Origin: an uncultured Coriobacteriaceae bacterium
GTDB lineage: Bacteria > Actinomycetota > Coriobacteriia > Coriobacteriales > CADBOM01
DNA: 64,000 bases
Reading direction: 5' to 3'
Assembly: GCA_902796325.1 (NCBI GenBank)
Contig: CADBOM010000150.1
Span: 2,850-66,849, forward strand
The notes beneath the pieces are model-generated. The model was not told where the DNA came from. It made no database searches and saw only the letters and a program-made list of their open reading frames with translations. Position 1 is the stretch's first letter, and the number at the start of each line of letters is the position of its first letter. This document shows, piece after piece, positions 27,376 through 36,275 of this stretch. A program made the translations under genes and the position numbers.

Positions 27376-27450
27376 GTCCCCATCGTCTAATGGTTAGGAC
27401 GGCACCCTTTCAAGGTGCAGACACGGGTTCGAATCCCGTTGGGGGCACCA
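27376..27450 (+). tRNA. tRNA-Glu (UUC)
   Basis: gtccccatcgtctaatggttaggacggcaccctttcaaggtgcagacacgggttcgaatcccgttgggggcacca. Anticodon loop CTTTCAA and encoded CCA. Confidence 0.95.
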
Positions 27451-27486
27451 TTCCAACAATGCCCGAGGACACCAAAGCCAGCTAAC

Positions 27487-29019
27487 ATGGAAAATTCTCT
27501 CCCACATTTGAACGCAGTAGTTATCTGTGGACAAACGGGAAACGAGCTTTGGCCTCTGGTTCGAACCAAAATCCCACGCGAAACCATAACCATTCCAGGC
27601 GAGGATGAAAGCCTGCTGTCGCAAACCATCCGCCGCCTGAAGCCCCTCGTGGAGAATCCAATCATATTTGTATGCAGCGAAGAGATATCGGAGCAGATAT
27701 CCAACTGCGTGGCATCAACGGGGTTGCTGAAGAAGCGCGAATACGAGATATTATGCGAGCCATTCCAACGTGGCACGGCATTCAGCATTGCCCTTACCGC
27801 TGCAAAGCTAAAGCGCAAGGACCCCAACGCCTATATGCTGGTTACCCCCTCGCATCTATCGATGATGGCTGACGACAGGTGGGAGCAAGCCGTAACGCGA
27901 GGTTACCGAGCAGCCAGCGAGGACATGATCGCAGTTCTGGGAATGTCTTCACGAATTAGCTCCACTCCACATTGCTTCATCAGGCCGTCGAGAGAAATCA
28001 AGGGTATTCCGGGCGCTCATTACGTCTCGCGTTTTGCCGCGAGCCCAACCCCACAGCAAGCCTCCCGCTTCGTGCAGATAGGGCTTATGTGGTACACGGG
28101 GGTCTCGATCATGAGGGCAACCACGGCTCTCGCTCAGATGGTTTACGTGGCCAGGCATTCGGACTCCAAGGCGAGCTACGACATGGACAGAGTGGCGGAA
28201 ACCGCGTCGTTCATGACCACGCTCGGAGATGGCAAATGGCACACGGATGAGGCTCGCGAGATTGCCAGGTCGCTTCCCATGGTGTCGTTTGAGAAGGCCG
28301 TTCTCGAACCATCGGGCACGAGGAGCAATAGCTTGGCCGTTATCTCAACGAGCTTGGACTGCTCCTCCATGACATCTCTCAAGAGCATCGACGATATGGT
28401 AATTCCCGATTCCAGCGAGAACAGGATAGTAGGACGAGGCTACGCCATCGAATCGCACAACACCACGATATACGACGACGACAGGCTGGCCGTACTGCTT
28501 GGATGCGACGACCTCATGGTGGTGAACACCCGCGACGCTGTGCTGGTTGCCAGTAAGGACTCCCTCGAGATGCTCGACGACGTTTTGCCCGCCCTCGTTG
28601 AAGCCGGTGCACATGAAGCCAACGATTCAAGCGTGGCCCAGCATGCATGGGGAAAGACAACGGAGGTGTTTAAGGGCGAAAGCTCGGTGGTGAAGATAGT
28701 GGAGATATTGCCGGGCAAGGAGATTGCAGAATATTCGCGGCCCAATATTGAGGAGCACTGGACGGTCCTAGATGGATCCGCGGTGTTTGTCAGCGAGTCA
28801 ATCGCATCCAGCTCATCTGGCAAAACCGAAGTGTCTGAGACTAGAGTTGGAGAAGGAACAGCGGTGCTGCATGCCGGGCAAAGTGTGGACTTCCCTGCTC
28901 GCGAGAAGCACAGCGTTAGAAACCAAACGAAGTCAACCGTGAGCCTCACGTGCGTGGAGACTCTCGTGAAGAAGAGAACTAGGCCTGCAAAGCCAAAGAC
29001 CGGGTCTACCGAAATGTAG
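27487..29019 (+). CDS. Mannose-1-phosphate guanylyltransferase-like protein with C-terminal cupin (divergent ManC/CpsB)
   Basis: 510 aa. The N-terminal NTP-transferase signature is degenerate (VICGQTGNELWPLVR against GGxGxRLWPLSR). C-terminal cupin-like EHWTVLDGSAVF. Starts 36 nt after the tRNA-Glu. Confidence 0.6.
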   Translation: MENSLPHLNAVVICGQTGNELWPLVRTKIPRETITIPGEDESLLSQTIRRLKPLVENPIIFVCSEEISEQISNCVASTGLLKKREYEILCEPFQRGTAFSIALTAAKLKRKDPNAYMLVTPSHLSMMADDRWEQAVTRGYRAASEDMIAVLGMSSRISSTPHCFIRPSREIKGIPGAHYVSRFAASPTPQQASRFVQIGLMWYTGVSIMRATTALAQMVYVARHSDSKASYDMDRVAETASFMTTLGDGKWHTDEAREIARSLPMVSFEKAVLEPSGTRSNSLAVISTSLDCSSMTSLKSIDDMVIPDSSENRIVGRGYAIESHNTTIYDDDRLAVLLGCDDLMVVNTRDAVLVASKDSLEMLDDVLPALVEAGAHEANDSSVAQHAWGKTTEVFKGESSVVKIVEILPGKEIAEYSRPNIEEHWTVLDGSAVFVSESIASSSSGKTEVSETRVGEGTAVLHAGQSVDFPAREKHSVRNQTKSTVSLTCVETLVKKRTRPAKPKTGSTEM

Positions 29020-29093
29020 CCACAGGCTGTAAACGAGACGCAGGTTGCAAGCGCACAGGTTGTAAGCGAAACGCAGACAGCAGATGCAAAAAT

Positions 29094-29134
29094 GCCGGGG
29101 AGAGGCATGGGCGTAAGGCTCGTCTCTCCCCGGC
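29094..29134. terminator. Bidirectional terminator between manC-like gene and ABC operon
   Basis: gccggggagag / ctctccccggc stem, with AAAAAT before and TTATTAGTT after. Confidence 0.65.
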
Positions 29135-29253
29135 TTATTAGTTGGAAAACATTGGCTGGCGTGGCCGGTGCAGCTGGCATGACGGTGCGGCTTGTGTAGC
29201 CGGAGCAGCTGGCGCTTGCGGCGTAGTCGTCGCCAACGACGTGGTGCTGGCAC

Positions 29254-30075
29254 CTACCTGATGTGGCCCAGGAAGTCCTTCGTTCTGTCGGACTTCGGAT
29301 GGTCGAACACCTCTTCCGGGGTGCCCTGCTCAACGATCACTCCGCCATCCATGAACACCACTCTGTCGGCAACGTCGCGGGCAAACCCCATCTCGTGCGT
29401 AACCACGATCATGGTCATTCCACCCTCTGCAAGGTCTCTCATAACTCCCAGAACATCGCGTACCAGCTCTGGGTCGAGAGCACTCGTGGCCTCGTCGAAC
29501 AGCATCACATGCGGGTTCATTGCAAGAGCCCTGGCAATTGCCACACGCTGCTGCTGTCCACCGGAGAGTTGGCTGGGCTTGTAGTCTACCCTCTCGCCAA
29601 GCCCTACCCTCTCGAGCTCTTCAACCGAAATCCTATCGGCCTCTTCCTTGGAGCGCTTCAGAACCTTGATTTGGGCAAGCGAGACGTTTTTCTTTGCCGT
29701 GAGATGCGGGAAAAGGTTGAAGCTCTGGAACACCATTCCCAGCTTCGTACGCACCTTGTTGAGGTCGGTGCTCTTGTCGGTGATGTCCTGGCCTTCGAAA
29801 TATATATGGCCGCTAGTTGGGGCCTCGAGCCTGTTGATGCAGCGCAGCATCGTGGACTTGCCCGATCCCGACGGACCGAGGATAACCACAACCTCGCCCT
29901 TATATATATCTAGGCTCACGCCACGCAGAACCACGAGGTCTCCGAAGCTCTTGTGGAGGTCTACGATGCTGACTATTGGCTTGCTGTCGTCATATTCCTG
30001 CAGCTCGTCGACGGTTTGGCCTTGCACCTGGCCTGCATTGTCTGCCTGACCTGCCTTTTTGCTGAAATTCGGCAT
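29254..30075 (-). CDS. Polar amino-acid ABC transporter ATP-binding protein
   Basis: [35 protein letters not shown]. It has a roughly 30 aa N-terminal extension. Confidence 0.92.
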   Translation of the reverse strand: MPNFSKKAGQADNAGQVQGQTVDELQEYDDSKPIVSIVDLHKSFGDLVVLRGVSLDIYKGEVVVILGPSGSGKSTMLRCINRLEAPTSGHIYFEGQDITDKSTDLNKVRTKLGMVFQSFNLFPHLTAKKNVSLAQIKVLKRSKEEADRISVEELERVGLGERVDYKPSQLSGGQQQRVAIARALAMNPHVMLFDEATSALDPELVRDVLGVMRDLAEGGMTMIVVTHEMGFARDVADRVVFMDGGVIVEQGTPEEVFDHPKSDRTKDFLGHIR

Positions 30076-30087
30076 CTATCAACCCTC

Positions 30088-31683
30088 CTATTCCTCGGAC
30101 CCGAGGCCTTCGGGGTTAAGCCCAGCCTCGATACGTCTGGTACGAGCCTCGAAGTCCATCACCGCACCGCCAGAGCCACCAGGCGCGGTTGCCGCGCTCG
30201 ACGCACTTGATGCGGCTGATCCGCCTAGCGCGTCTGCGGCACGCGTAGCAGAGGCACTTGCAACAGCTGTCTTCACGCTCGCGCTCACGGTCTCGGTATT
30301 GTCTTCTGGAGAATCCGTAACCCTAACATGCTCGGAATCAGAAGCAACCCTAAGGCCCTCCTCTTCCTTCTTGGGCTCGACCTTGCGGCCGAAGATGTTG
30401 TGGAATCGGCTCTTCTTGCTTCCCGGATCCTGCGGGTGGCCAAGCCTGCGCTCCACGGTGCCGATCATCTTGGTGAGGGGCAGCGTGACGATGAGGTAGA
30501 AGATAGCCGCAACGATGTATGGGGTCATGTTTCCGGTTGTGGAAACCACGCTCCTTGCGTACATAATCATCTCCATCACGCCAACCGCGGCGAACAGCGA
30601 GGTGTCCTTGTACAGGAGGATGAACTCGCTTGTCATGGTTGGGATGACACGCCTGAACGCCTGCGGGATTATGACGAAGAACATGGTTTGAATCGAGTTC
30701 ATTCCAAGAGACCTAGCTGCCTCGAACTGCCCCTTCTGAATGGACTCGATACCAGCACGGAAGATCTCGCACAGATAGGCACCTGAGTTGAGCGACATCA
30801 CGATGACGGACAGCATGTAGTCGCCCACCACGATTCCAACGAGCGGCAAACCGAAGAACGCGATGTAGATCTGCAAGAACAGAGGCGTGCCTCGGACAAC
30901 GTTGACGTAAAGCGATCCAATGCCCCTTAGCACCTTGATCTTGCAGATGCGCATGAAGCACAGGATGAGTCCCCAGACGATTGCGATTGGGAACGATGCC
31001 ACAACCATTAGGAGGGCCTGCAACCATCCGTAGAAAACGGTGGGCAGTGCCACCACGGCAATCGTGGGATCGAGGAACATGTGCAGGAACTTGTTGCTGT
31101 TCCAAGCCTGCACCCATCCCTGCTCCGCAAGCTCGTTGGATGCTTGCTCGTTCCACAGCACCGACGTGATGTGGAACGTCGGGGCCTGGTCTAGCTGCTG
31201 CACCGTGCCATCGGCCAAAGTTGCAGTGGCCGTTGGTGCGTAATCGCCCTCTTCGTTGGGGAGCATGGTGTTGTTGGCCTCAACCCTGATGAGGAGCCCC
31301 GCCTGGGTTGGGGTGGAGAAACCGATGGAAATCGTGTTCTCATCAACCGATGCCACGGTCTCGCCAAGGTCGATGCGGTCTAGCCCAGAAAGGCCGGTGA
31401 CCTTCACCTTATCGGCTGGAACGTTGAACCCATCGGGATAGTCGATGGTGAGCGATGAAAGTTGCTCCCCATCTCCCAGCTGGGCTTCCCAGGTGATTCT
31501 GGTTTCCATACCTCCCATGACTTCGTTGGAAGCTGAAGAGTTGCTTCTTGCAGTGCATGACGTGACCTCCATTGCCTGCGAAGGCTGGGGAACCATGGCG
31601 AGTAAGAGAAAGGCTGCCATTATGCATGAAATGGCTATGAATAGAGCGCGGTTAAAGGTAGCTGCTCTGAATGTTTTCTGCAT
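30088..31683 (-). CDS. Amino-acid ABC permease (HisM/GlnP type) fused to an N-terminal extracytoplasmic domain and a C-terminal disordered tail
   Basis: 531 aa. Signal-anchor, about 170 aa beta-rich domain, permease core with EAA motif (EAARSLGMNSIQTMFFVIIPQA), then about 110 aa Ser/Ala/Glu-rich tail. Confidence 0.85.
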   Translation of the reverse strand: MQKTFRAATFNRALFIAISCIMAAFLLLAMVPQPSQAMEVTSCTARSNSSASNEVMGGMETRITWEAQLGDGEQLSSLTIDYPDGFNVPADKVKVTGLSGLDRIDLGETVASVDENTISIGFSTPTQAGLLIRVEANNTMLPNEEGDYAPTATATLADGTVQQLDQAPTFHITSVLWNEQASNELAEQGWVQAWNSNKFLHMFLDPTIAVVALPTVFYGWLQALLMVVASFPIAIVWGLILCFMRICKIKVLRGIGSLYVNVVRGTPLFLQIYIAFFGLPLVGIVVGDYMLSVIVMSLNSGAYLCEIFRAGIESIQKGQFEAARSLGMNSIQTMFFVIIPQAFRRVIPTMTSEFILLYKDTSLFAAVGVMEMIMYARSVVSTTGNMTPYIVAAIFYLIVTLPLTKMIGTVERRLGHPQDPGSKKSRFHNIFGRKVEPKKEEEGLRVASDSEHVRVTDSPEDNTETVSASVKTAVASASATRAADALGGSAASSASSAATAPGGSGGAVMDFEARTRRIEAGLNPEGLGSEE

Positions 31684-31763
31684 GATAATTTGCCCTTACG
31701 CACGACGAGGCGTGTGGCCCAAAAAGATTGGATCCACACGCCTCGAAAGGTTATATGCCAAGA

Positions 31764-32558
31764 CTACTTGGTCTCAAACCACTTGCTGTAGATCTGGTCG
31801 TAGGTGCCGTCGGCCTTCATATCGGAAAGTGCCTGGTTAACGGCAGCCTGAAGTCCAGGGTTGTCCTTGGAGATGACGATTCCGTACTGCTCGCCAGTTG
31901 GGGTCTCCTGGATGATGGTTGCATCGGAATAGCCGGTCTTGATGTTCTGAGCGGCAACCGGGAGGTCGATGCTAACGGCCTGAGCCTGGCCAGCCTGGAG
32001 AGCTGCGAAGCATGCGGTGGCCTCCTGATAATCGACCACGTTGGCGTTCTCGATGTTCTCCTTTGCCCAATCGGATCCGGTGGATCCGGACTGAGCTGCG
32101 ATGGTTGCGCCCTTAAGCTGCGAGACATCGGTGATTCCGGAGTTCTTCATAACAACGATTGCCTGGTTGGAATCGAAGTAAGGATCGGAGAACAGAATCT
32201 GATCCTCGCGCTCCGGGGTGATGGTGATTCCGGAGATTCCAAGATCTGCGGTGCTGTTGGCTGCGATTGCAGGAACGATTCCATCGAACGAGTAGTTCTG
32301 GATGTCGACCTGGAGGCCCAGCCTGTTGCCGACCTCGTTGATGATATCGATGTCGAATCCAACGCCCTCGCCATTCTCGAGGTTCTCGAATGGCGGGAAG
32401 TCCTCGGAGCTGATGACGGTGAGGGTTCCCGGATTAACGAGGGTGTAATCCGAGCTTGCCGACTGGCTGTTGCTGCTGCCACCAGAGCATCCCACTAGGC
32501 CGAGGGATGCCACCAGAACACCAGAAGCCAGCAGGGCTGCTACCTTCTTGAATTTCAT
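31764..32558 (-). CDS. Amino-acid ABC transporter substrate-binding lipoprotein
   Basis: 264 aa. Lipobox LVGCSGG and type-3 SBP sequence (FPPFE ... GFDID ...). Confidence 0.9.
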   Translation of the reverse strand: MKFKKVAALLASGVLVASLGLVGCSGGSSNSQSASSDYTLVNPGTLTVISSEDFPPFENLENGEGVGFDIDIINEVGNRLGLQVDIQNYSFDGIVPAIAANSTADLGISGITITPEREDQILFSDPYFDSNQAIVVMKNSGITDVSQLKGATIAAQSGSTGSDWAKENIENANVVDYQEATACFAALQAGQAQAVSIDLPVAAQNIKTGYSDATIIQETPTGEQYGIVISKDNPGLQAAVNQALSDMKADGTYDQIYSKWFETK

Positions 32559-33074
32559 AATGCAATCCTTTCCCTGTTTCTATGCATTTTTGAAACGCGA
32601 ACGAATTTTAACATACGGATGACCTCTTTAAGTTTCAGGCGTATGAAGTTAGTCTCAATAGCCTTTTAAACGGACGTGTTGCGACCAAAATTCCAGATTC
32701 AGAGCAGCGATTTACTGCAAATTTGCAAGATTTTGAAACATTGTGGCCTGCATGCGACACTTCCGCCTTGAAGAAAGGCCATACATTTGTTAAGAAATGT
32801 ATTCAACGGCGCAAATCTTTTTGCATAATTTTTGAGTAATTTTGCATATTTCTTCCATCAATCGCCACACTGCATTTTAAACAAACCCACATCTTTGTTG
32901 CAGTTTTCGATACCATCGCGGCGCCCCCATGCTGCTAATCTGTAGTTGTCCTTTTAAATCGATCAATACGTCGTTTTCAAGGAATACGCGTATTTTGCCT
33001 GGTTTTGCAGTTAAATCACCATCTAGCCAGAGCGCCATCCAAATATCCAAGCTCAGAAAGGCACGGTTCGAGCA

Positions 33075-34847
33075 ATGCCCGATAAGCCCGAAAAGAGGAC
33101 AACCACCTCAACAGACACTCCATTGGACAGTCCATTGGGCAGCCCAGATATCGAGCTGCCCAATCAACCGAACATGGGGTTTACCAAAATTCCGCCCAAG
33201 TTCGCGCAACAGCTTCCCGGATTCCTGTCTCCGCTAAGCAGTGCGGAAATAGCAAAAAGGAGGGAATCTGGCCGAAAGCCCGGCGACACCAACATCGTCG
33301 ATTACGCCAGGCACGAGAAGCACACCTTCTGGCAAAAGCCGCTGAGCCGCGTTGACAGCCTCATACTCTCGCAATTGGCTTATCTGAAGTGGAAGAACAT
33401 CCCAGCCGTTCCATCTGAGATCGAGTATCCAGATCCTCCCCTTATGCGAAGCCTATGCACGCTCGATGACTTTAGGAAGATCTTGGACAAGGGCCTGGAT
33501 TACGAGAAGAAGTTTGGCCTTATGTCGCTTATATATGTGTCGCCGAGATGGAAGAACATGAGGATCATCAACCACACCGACGAGTTCGACGCCAGCGCAG
33601 ACAAGCAGTTCTCGGCAACCACGTTCCTGCTTCCGGACGGCACCATATATGTTTCGTTCAGGGGAACCGACTCAACGATAGTGGGCTGGAAGGAAGACTT
33701 CATGCTGGCGTTCGAGGACCCCATTCCCTCCCAAGCTCGCGCAGCAGAATACTTGGAGCAGATAGCCAGCGCCACATCTGTCCGTGCAGGTCTCGCCCAT
33801 GCGGGTCACGACCATGAGGGTCTCGCCCGCGAGAGTCTCTATGAACATGATGCAGTAGGCGCGTACTCGAGTTCGTCCGCGAGCCTGCCTGGTGTGCCCG
33901 GAGAAATCAACTCCGGCACCTTCTCGGAATCGCCTAGCCCAATCGTGGTTGGCGGGCACTCCAAGGGCGGGAACCTTGCAGTGTACGCCGCTGCCGCATG
34001 CTCGGAGCAAGCACGGTCACGCCTGCGCGCCGTATACAGCCACGACGGACCAGGGTTTTCGCAGGAAACGATGGACAGGGTCAACATCTCCAAAATCTTG
34101 CCAATCATGGACAAGACCGTGCCGGGAGGCTCAACCATAGGAATGCTCCTGGGCGACCCGTCGAGATACAAGATAGTTCGCTCGAACGAAGTTGGCTTCT
34201 ACCAGCACGATGCGTACTCCTGGATAGTGAAAGACGGGGATTTCGAGTACCTGGATACCCTGGACGAGTCCGCCAAGTTCTTCAACACCACGATGGCCAA
34301 CTGGATATCGGGATTGAGCAAGGAGCAGATGCGAACCTTCACGGACGTGCTGTTCGGCATGTTCGGCGCCAATGGGTCGCCAAACATCCAGACTCCCATG
34401 GACCTTCCGTCGGCCACGGAATACCTGAACAAGCTAGACCCTGAGATGAGGGGCATGTTCCTCGAGGTGATGGGCAGGTTTTTCAGAGCGTCGGCTCAAG
34501 AGGCCAGCACAAATGTGAGAGGAGCCGCCTCGGAAGCCAGAGAAGCTGCGAGCGAAGCGGCCGAAGATGTTGGCAGGCGTATTTCCGAGGCTCGGGAGCA
34601 GGCGGCAGACGCCATGGAAGATGCGGCCGAGAACATAGGAAACAAGCTGGAGGATGCCGTTAGCAATGTTGGGGCTGCAGTAGAAGACGCCGTGGAGAAC
34701 ATCGGAGAAAACATCGGAGATGCGGTGGAAAACGCCATGGAGAATGCCGCAGAGAACCGAAAGGCTTTGGGCGACAAGATCCACTTGCCAATTCCCCTTC
34801 CTGCGGTTCCGGAGCCAAGAACCACGGAAGACGATAGCGCAAGTTAA
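33075..34847 (+). CDS. DUF2974/Mbeg1-like alpha/beta-hydrolase (lipase-like) with repeat-rich C-terminal tail
   Basis: 590 aa. Nucleophile elbow GGHSKGGNLA, downstream YSHDGPGF and FYQHDAYSW. No signal peptide or TM segment. Confidence 0.7.
   Translation: MPDKPEKRTTTSTDTPLDSPLGSPDIELPNQPNMGFTKIPPKFAQQLPGFLSPLSSAEIAKRRESGRKPGDTNIVDYARHEKHTFWQKPLSRVDSLILSQLAYLKWKNIPAVPSEIEYPDPPLMRSLCTLDDFRKILDKGLDYEKKFGLMSLIYVSPRWKNMRIINHTDEFDASADKQFSATTFLLPDGTIYVSFRGTDSTIVGWKEDFMLAFEDPIPSQARAAEYLEQIASATSVRAGLAHAGHDHEGLARESLYEHDAVGAYSSSSASLPGVPGEINSGTFSESPSPIVVGGHSKGGNLAVYAAAACSEQARSRLRAVYSHDGPGFSQETMDRVNISKILPIMDKTVPGGSTIGMLLGDPSRYKIVRSNEVGFYQHDAYSWIVKDGDFEYLDTLDESAKFFNTTMANWISGLSKEQMRTFTDVLFGMFGANGSPNIQTPMDLPSATEYLNKLDPEMRGMFLEVMGRFFRASAQEASTNVRGAASEAREAASEAAEDVGRRISEAREQAADAMEDAAENIGNKLEDAVSNVGAAVEDAVENIGENIGDAVENAMENAAENRKALGDKIHLPIPLPAVPEPRTTEDDSAS
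34516..34762 (+). repeat. 33 nt (11-residue) periodic coding repeat in the DUF2974 tail
   Basis: EDAAENIGNKL / EDAVSNVGAAV / EDAVENIGENIG / DAVENAMENAA, preceded by the looser AEDVGRRISEAREQAADAM. Confidence 0.75.
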
Positions 34848-34874
34848 TTGGATTTTTGCCAAAAGGCCATCGGG

Positions 34875-36086
34875 ATGAGTATGAGCGTGAACATGAGTAA
34901 CAGCAACGCCAACAGAAACGAAGATATAAGACCGTCCATGAGCCCGCATGGAATCATCGGGTACGTGGCGGACGAGCAGCGCACGTTCGACGAGCTGCCC
35001 TTCAGCCGCGTGGACAGCCTGGCGTTCTCTCAGCTCTCGTACTTCAACTGGGGAGAACTGGATGGAATTCCTCTTGGTTTTGCCTTCGACAACCCGGTGA
35101 AGATCAAAGACGTGTTCAAGCTTGGAGACTACACCAGGATGTTCGGCATCGCGAGGGATTTCGACGACAACTCGGCTCTCTATGCGCTGATGTGCGTATC
35201 CAGGCGATGGGGAGACGTGAGAATTCTCAACCATTGCAGCATCTTCGACGATGACGTTGACAAGCAGTTCTCCGCCACAACGTTCCTGCTGCCAACCGGG
35301 CTCGTCTACGTCGCGTTCCGTGGAACCGACATGACCGTCACGGGTTGGAAGGAAGACTTCATGCTGGCTTTCCGCAAGCAAATTCCATCCCAAACGGAAT
35401 CGACGCTGTACCTCGACAACGTGATAAGGGGCATTCGCGACAAAATGCGCCAAAGCGAGCTGCAGCGGGGATACCCGCTAACCGGGAGGATGGTGGTTGG
35501 TGGCCACTCCAAGGGAGGGAATCTGGCCATCTACTCGGCAGCTACCTGCGCTCCCCACGGATTCGAGATGATAGACAAGATCTACGACCACGATGGGCCG
35601 GGATTCTCCAGAGAAGCCATGAAGCTAGCCAACATTGGGAAGGTGGTTGGCAAGGTTGATAAAACGGTGCCGGTTGACTCGATCGTGGGCGTGGTGCTGC
35701 CAGACCCCTGCGATTACCTGGTCACCCTCTCTAACGCCACGGGGCTAGACGAGCACAACCCCTACCATTGGAGAGTTGTAGACGGAGACTTCGAGTACGC
35801 AGACGAAGTCTCTGGAATATCGAGGCTTTTTGGAAAGACCATGGACACCTGGCTCTCAGGACTCACGAAAGAACAGATGGCAACTTTCACAGATGCGTTC
35901 TTTGGAATCCTGAGCGCCGGCAAGACCACGAACCTCGAGGACATCGATCCAAGCCACATCAGGGACAGCGCCATGTATCTCAGGAAAATGGATCCCAAGA
36001 TGAGGAAGATGTTCTTCGACGTATTTGGGAAGTTCTTCCAGACCTCCGCTAGAAACCTGCTGTGGGAGCTGTTATCGGCAAACTAG
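34875..36086 (+). CDS. DUF2974/Mbeg1-like alpha/beta-hydrolase, second paralogue
   Basis: About 403 aa. GGHSKGGNLA, YDHDGPGF and LDEHNPYHW are collinear with the upstream paralogue. The first ATG is at 34875. The ORF is open from 34848, directly after the upstream stop. Confidence 0.7.
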   Translation: MSMSVNMSNSNANRNEDIRPSMSPHGIIGYVADEQRTFDELPFSRVDSLAFSQLSYFNWGELDGIPLGFAFDNPVKIKDVFKLGDYTRMFGIARDFDDNSALYALMCVSRRWGDVRILNHCSIFDDDVDKQFSATTFLLPTGLVYVAFRGTDMTVTGWKEDFMLAFRKQIPSQTESTLYLDNVIRGIRDKMRQSELQRGYPLTGRMVVGGHSKGGNLAIYSAATCAPHGFEMIDKIYDHDGPGFSREAMKLANIGKVVGKVDKTVPVDSIVGVVLPDPCDYLVTLSNATGLDEHNPYHWRVVDGDFEYADEVSGISRLFGKTMDTWLSGLTKEQMATFTDAFFGILSAGKTTNLEDIDPSHIRDSAMYLRKMDPKMRKMFFDVFGKFFQTSARNLLWELLSAN

Positions 36087-36168
36087 AGCGCGGGTCAACG
36101 CGTGCGTGGGTCAACGCGTGAGCCGAGGAATCTTGCCCGCCACGCAAAGCAAATCACGCATAGCAGAT

Positions 36169-36201
36169 GGGGCGCACCCTCCGCGATTGGAGGATGCGCC
36201 C
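36169..36201. terminator. Hairpin between convergent DUF2974 and giant surface-protein genes
   Basis: ggggcgcaccctcc / ggaggatgcgcccc, a 14 bp stem with 1 mismatch and only weak U-tracts. Confidence 0.5.
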
Positions 36202-36275
36202 CTTGGCGTTAGGTTCCGCACTTGAATGCCGCATCAGGGTGCCATGTTTAAACGCCCTCTACCATGCGGACTTCA

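Noticed and set aside
25749-27450. Possible integrated mobile element at the tRNA genes.
   Set aside because: No integrase, recombinase or transposase ORF is present. I could see no duplicated tRNA 3' segment and no compositional break. It is kept only as a low-key note under the orphan activase finding.
27415-27486. N-terminal extension of the manC-like ORF running through tRNA-Glu.
   Set aside because: It overlaps the tRNA gene. The internal ATG at 27487 (MENSLPHLNAVVICG) aligns with the start of the nucleotidyltransferase fold.
32559-33074. Small ORFs, or a riboswitch or T-box, in the 516 bp spacer between the ABC operon and the DUF2974 genes.
   Set aside because: It contains only AT-rich promoter-like sequence with scattered TTTGCA motifs. 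I found no specifier/T-box or riboswitch core that I recognise. ORF 32929-33237 has no RBS and overlaps the DUF2974 start.
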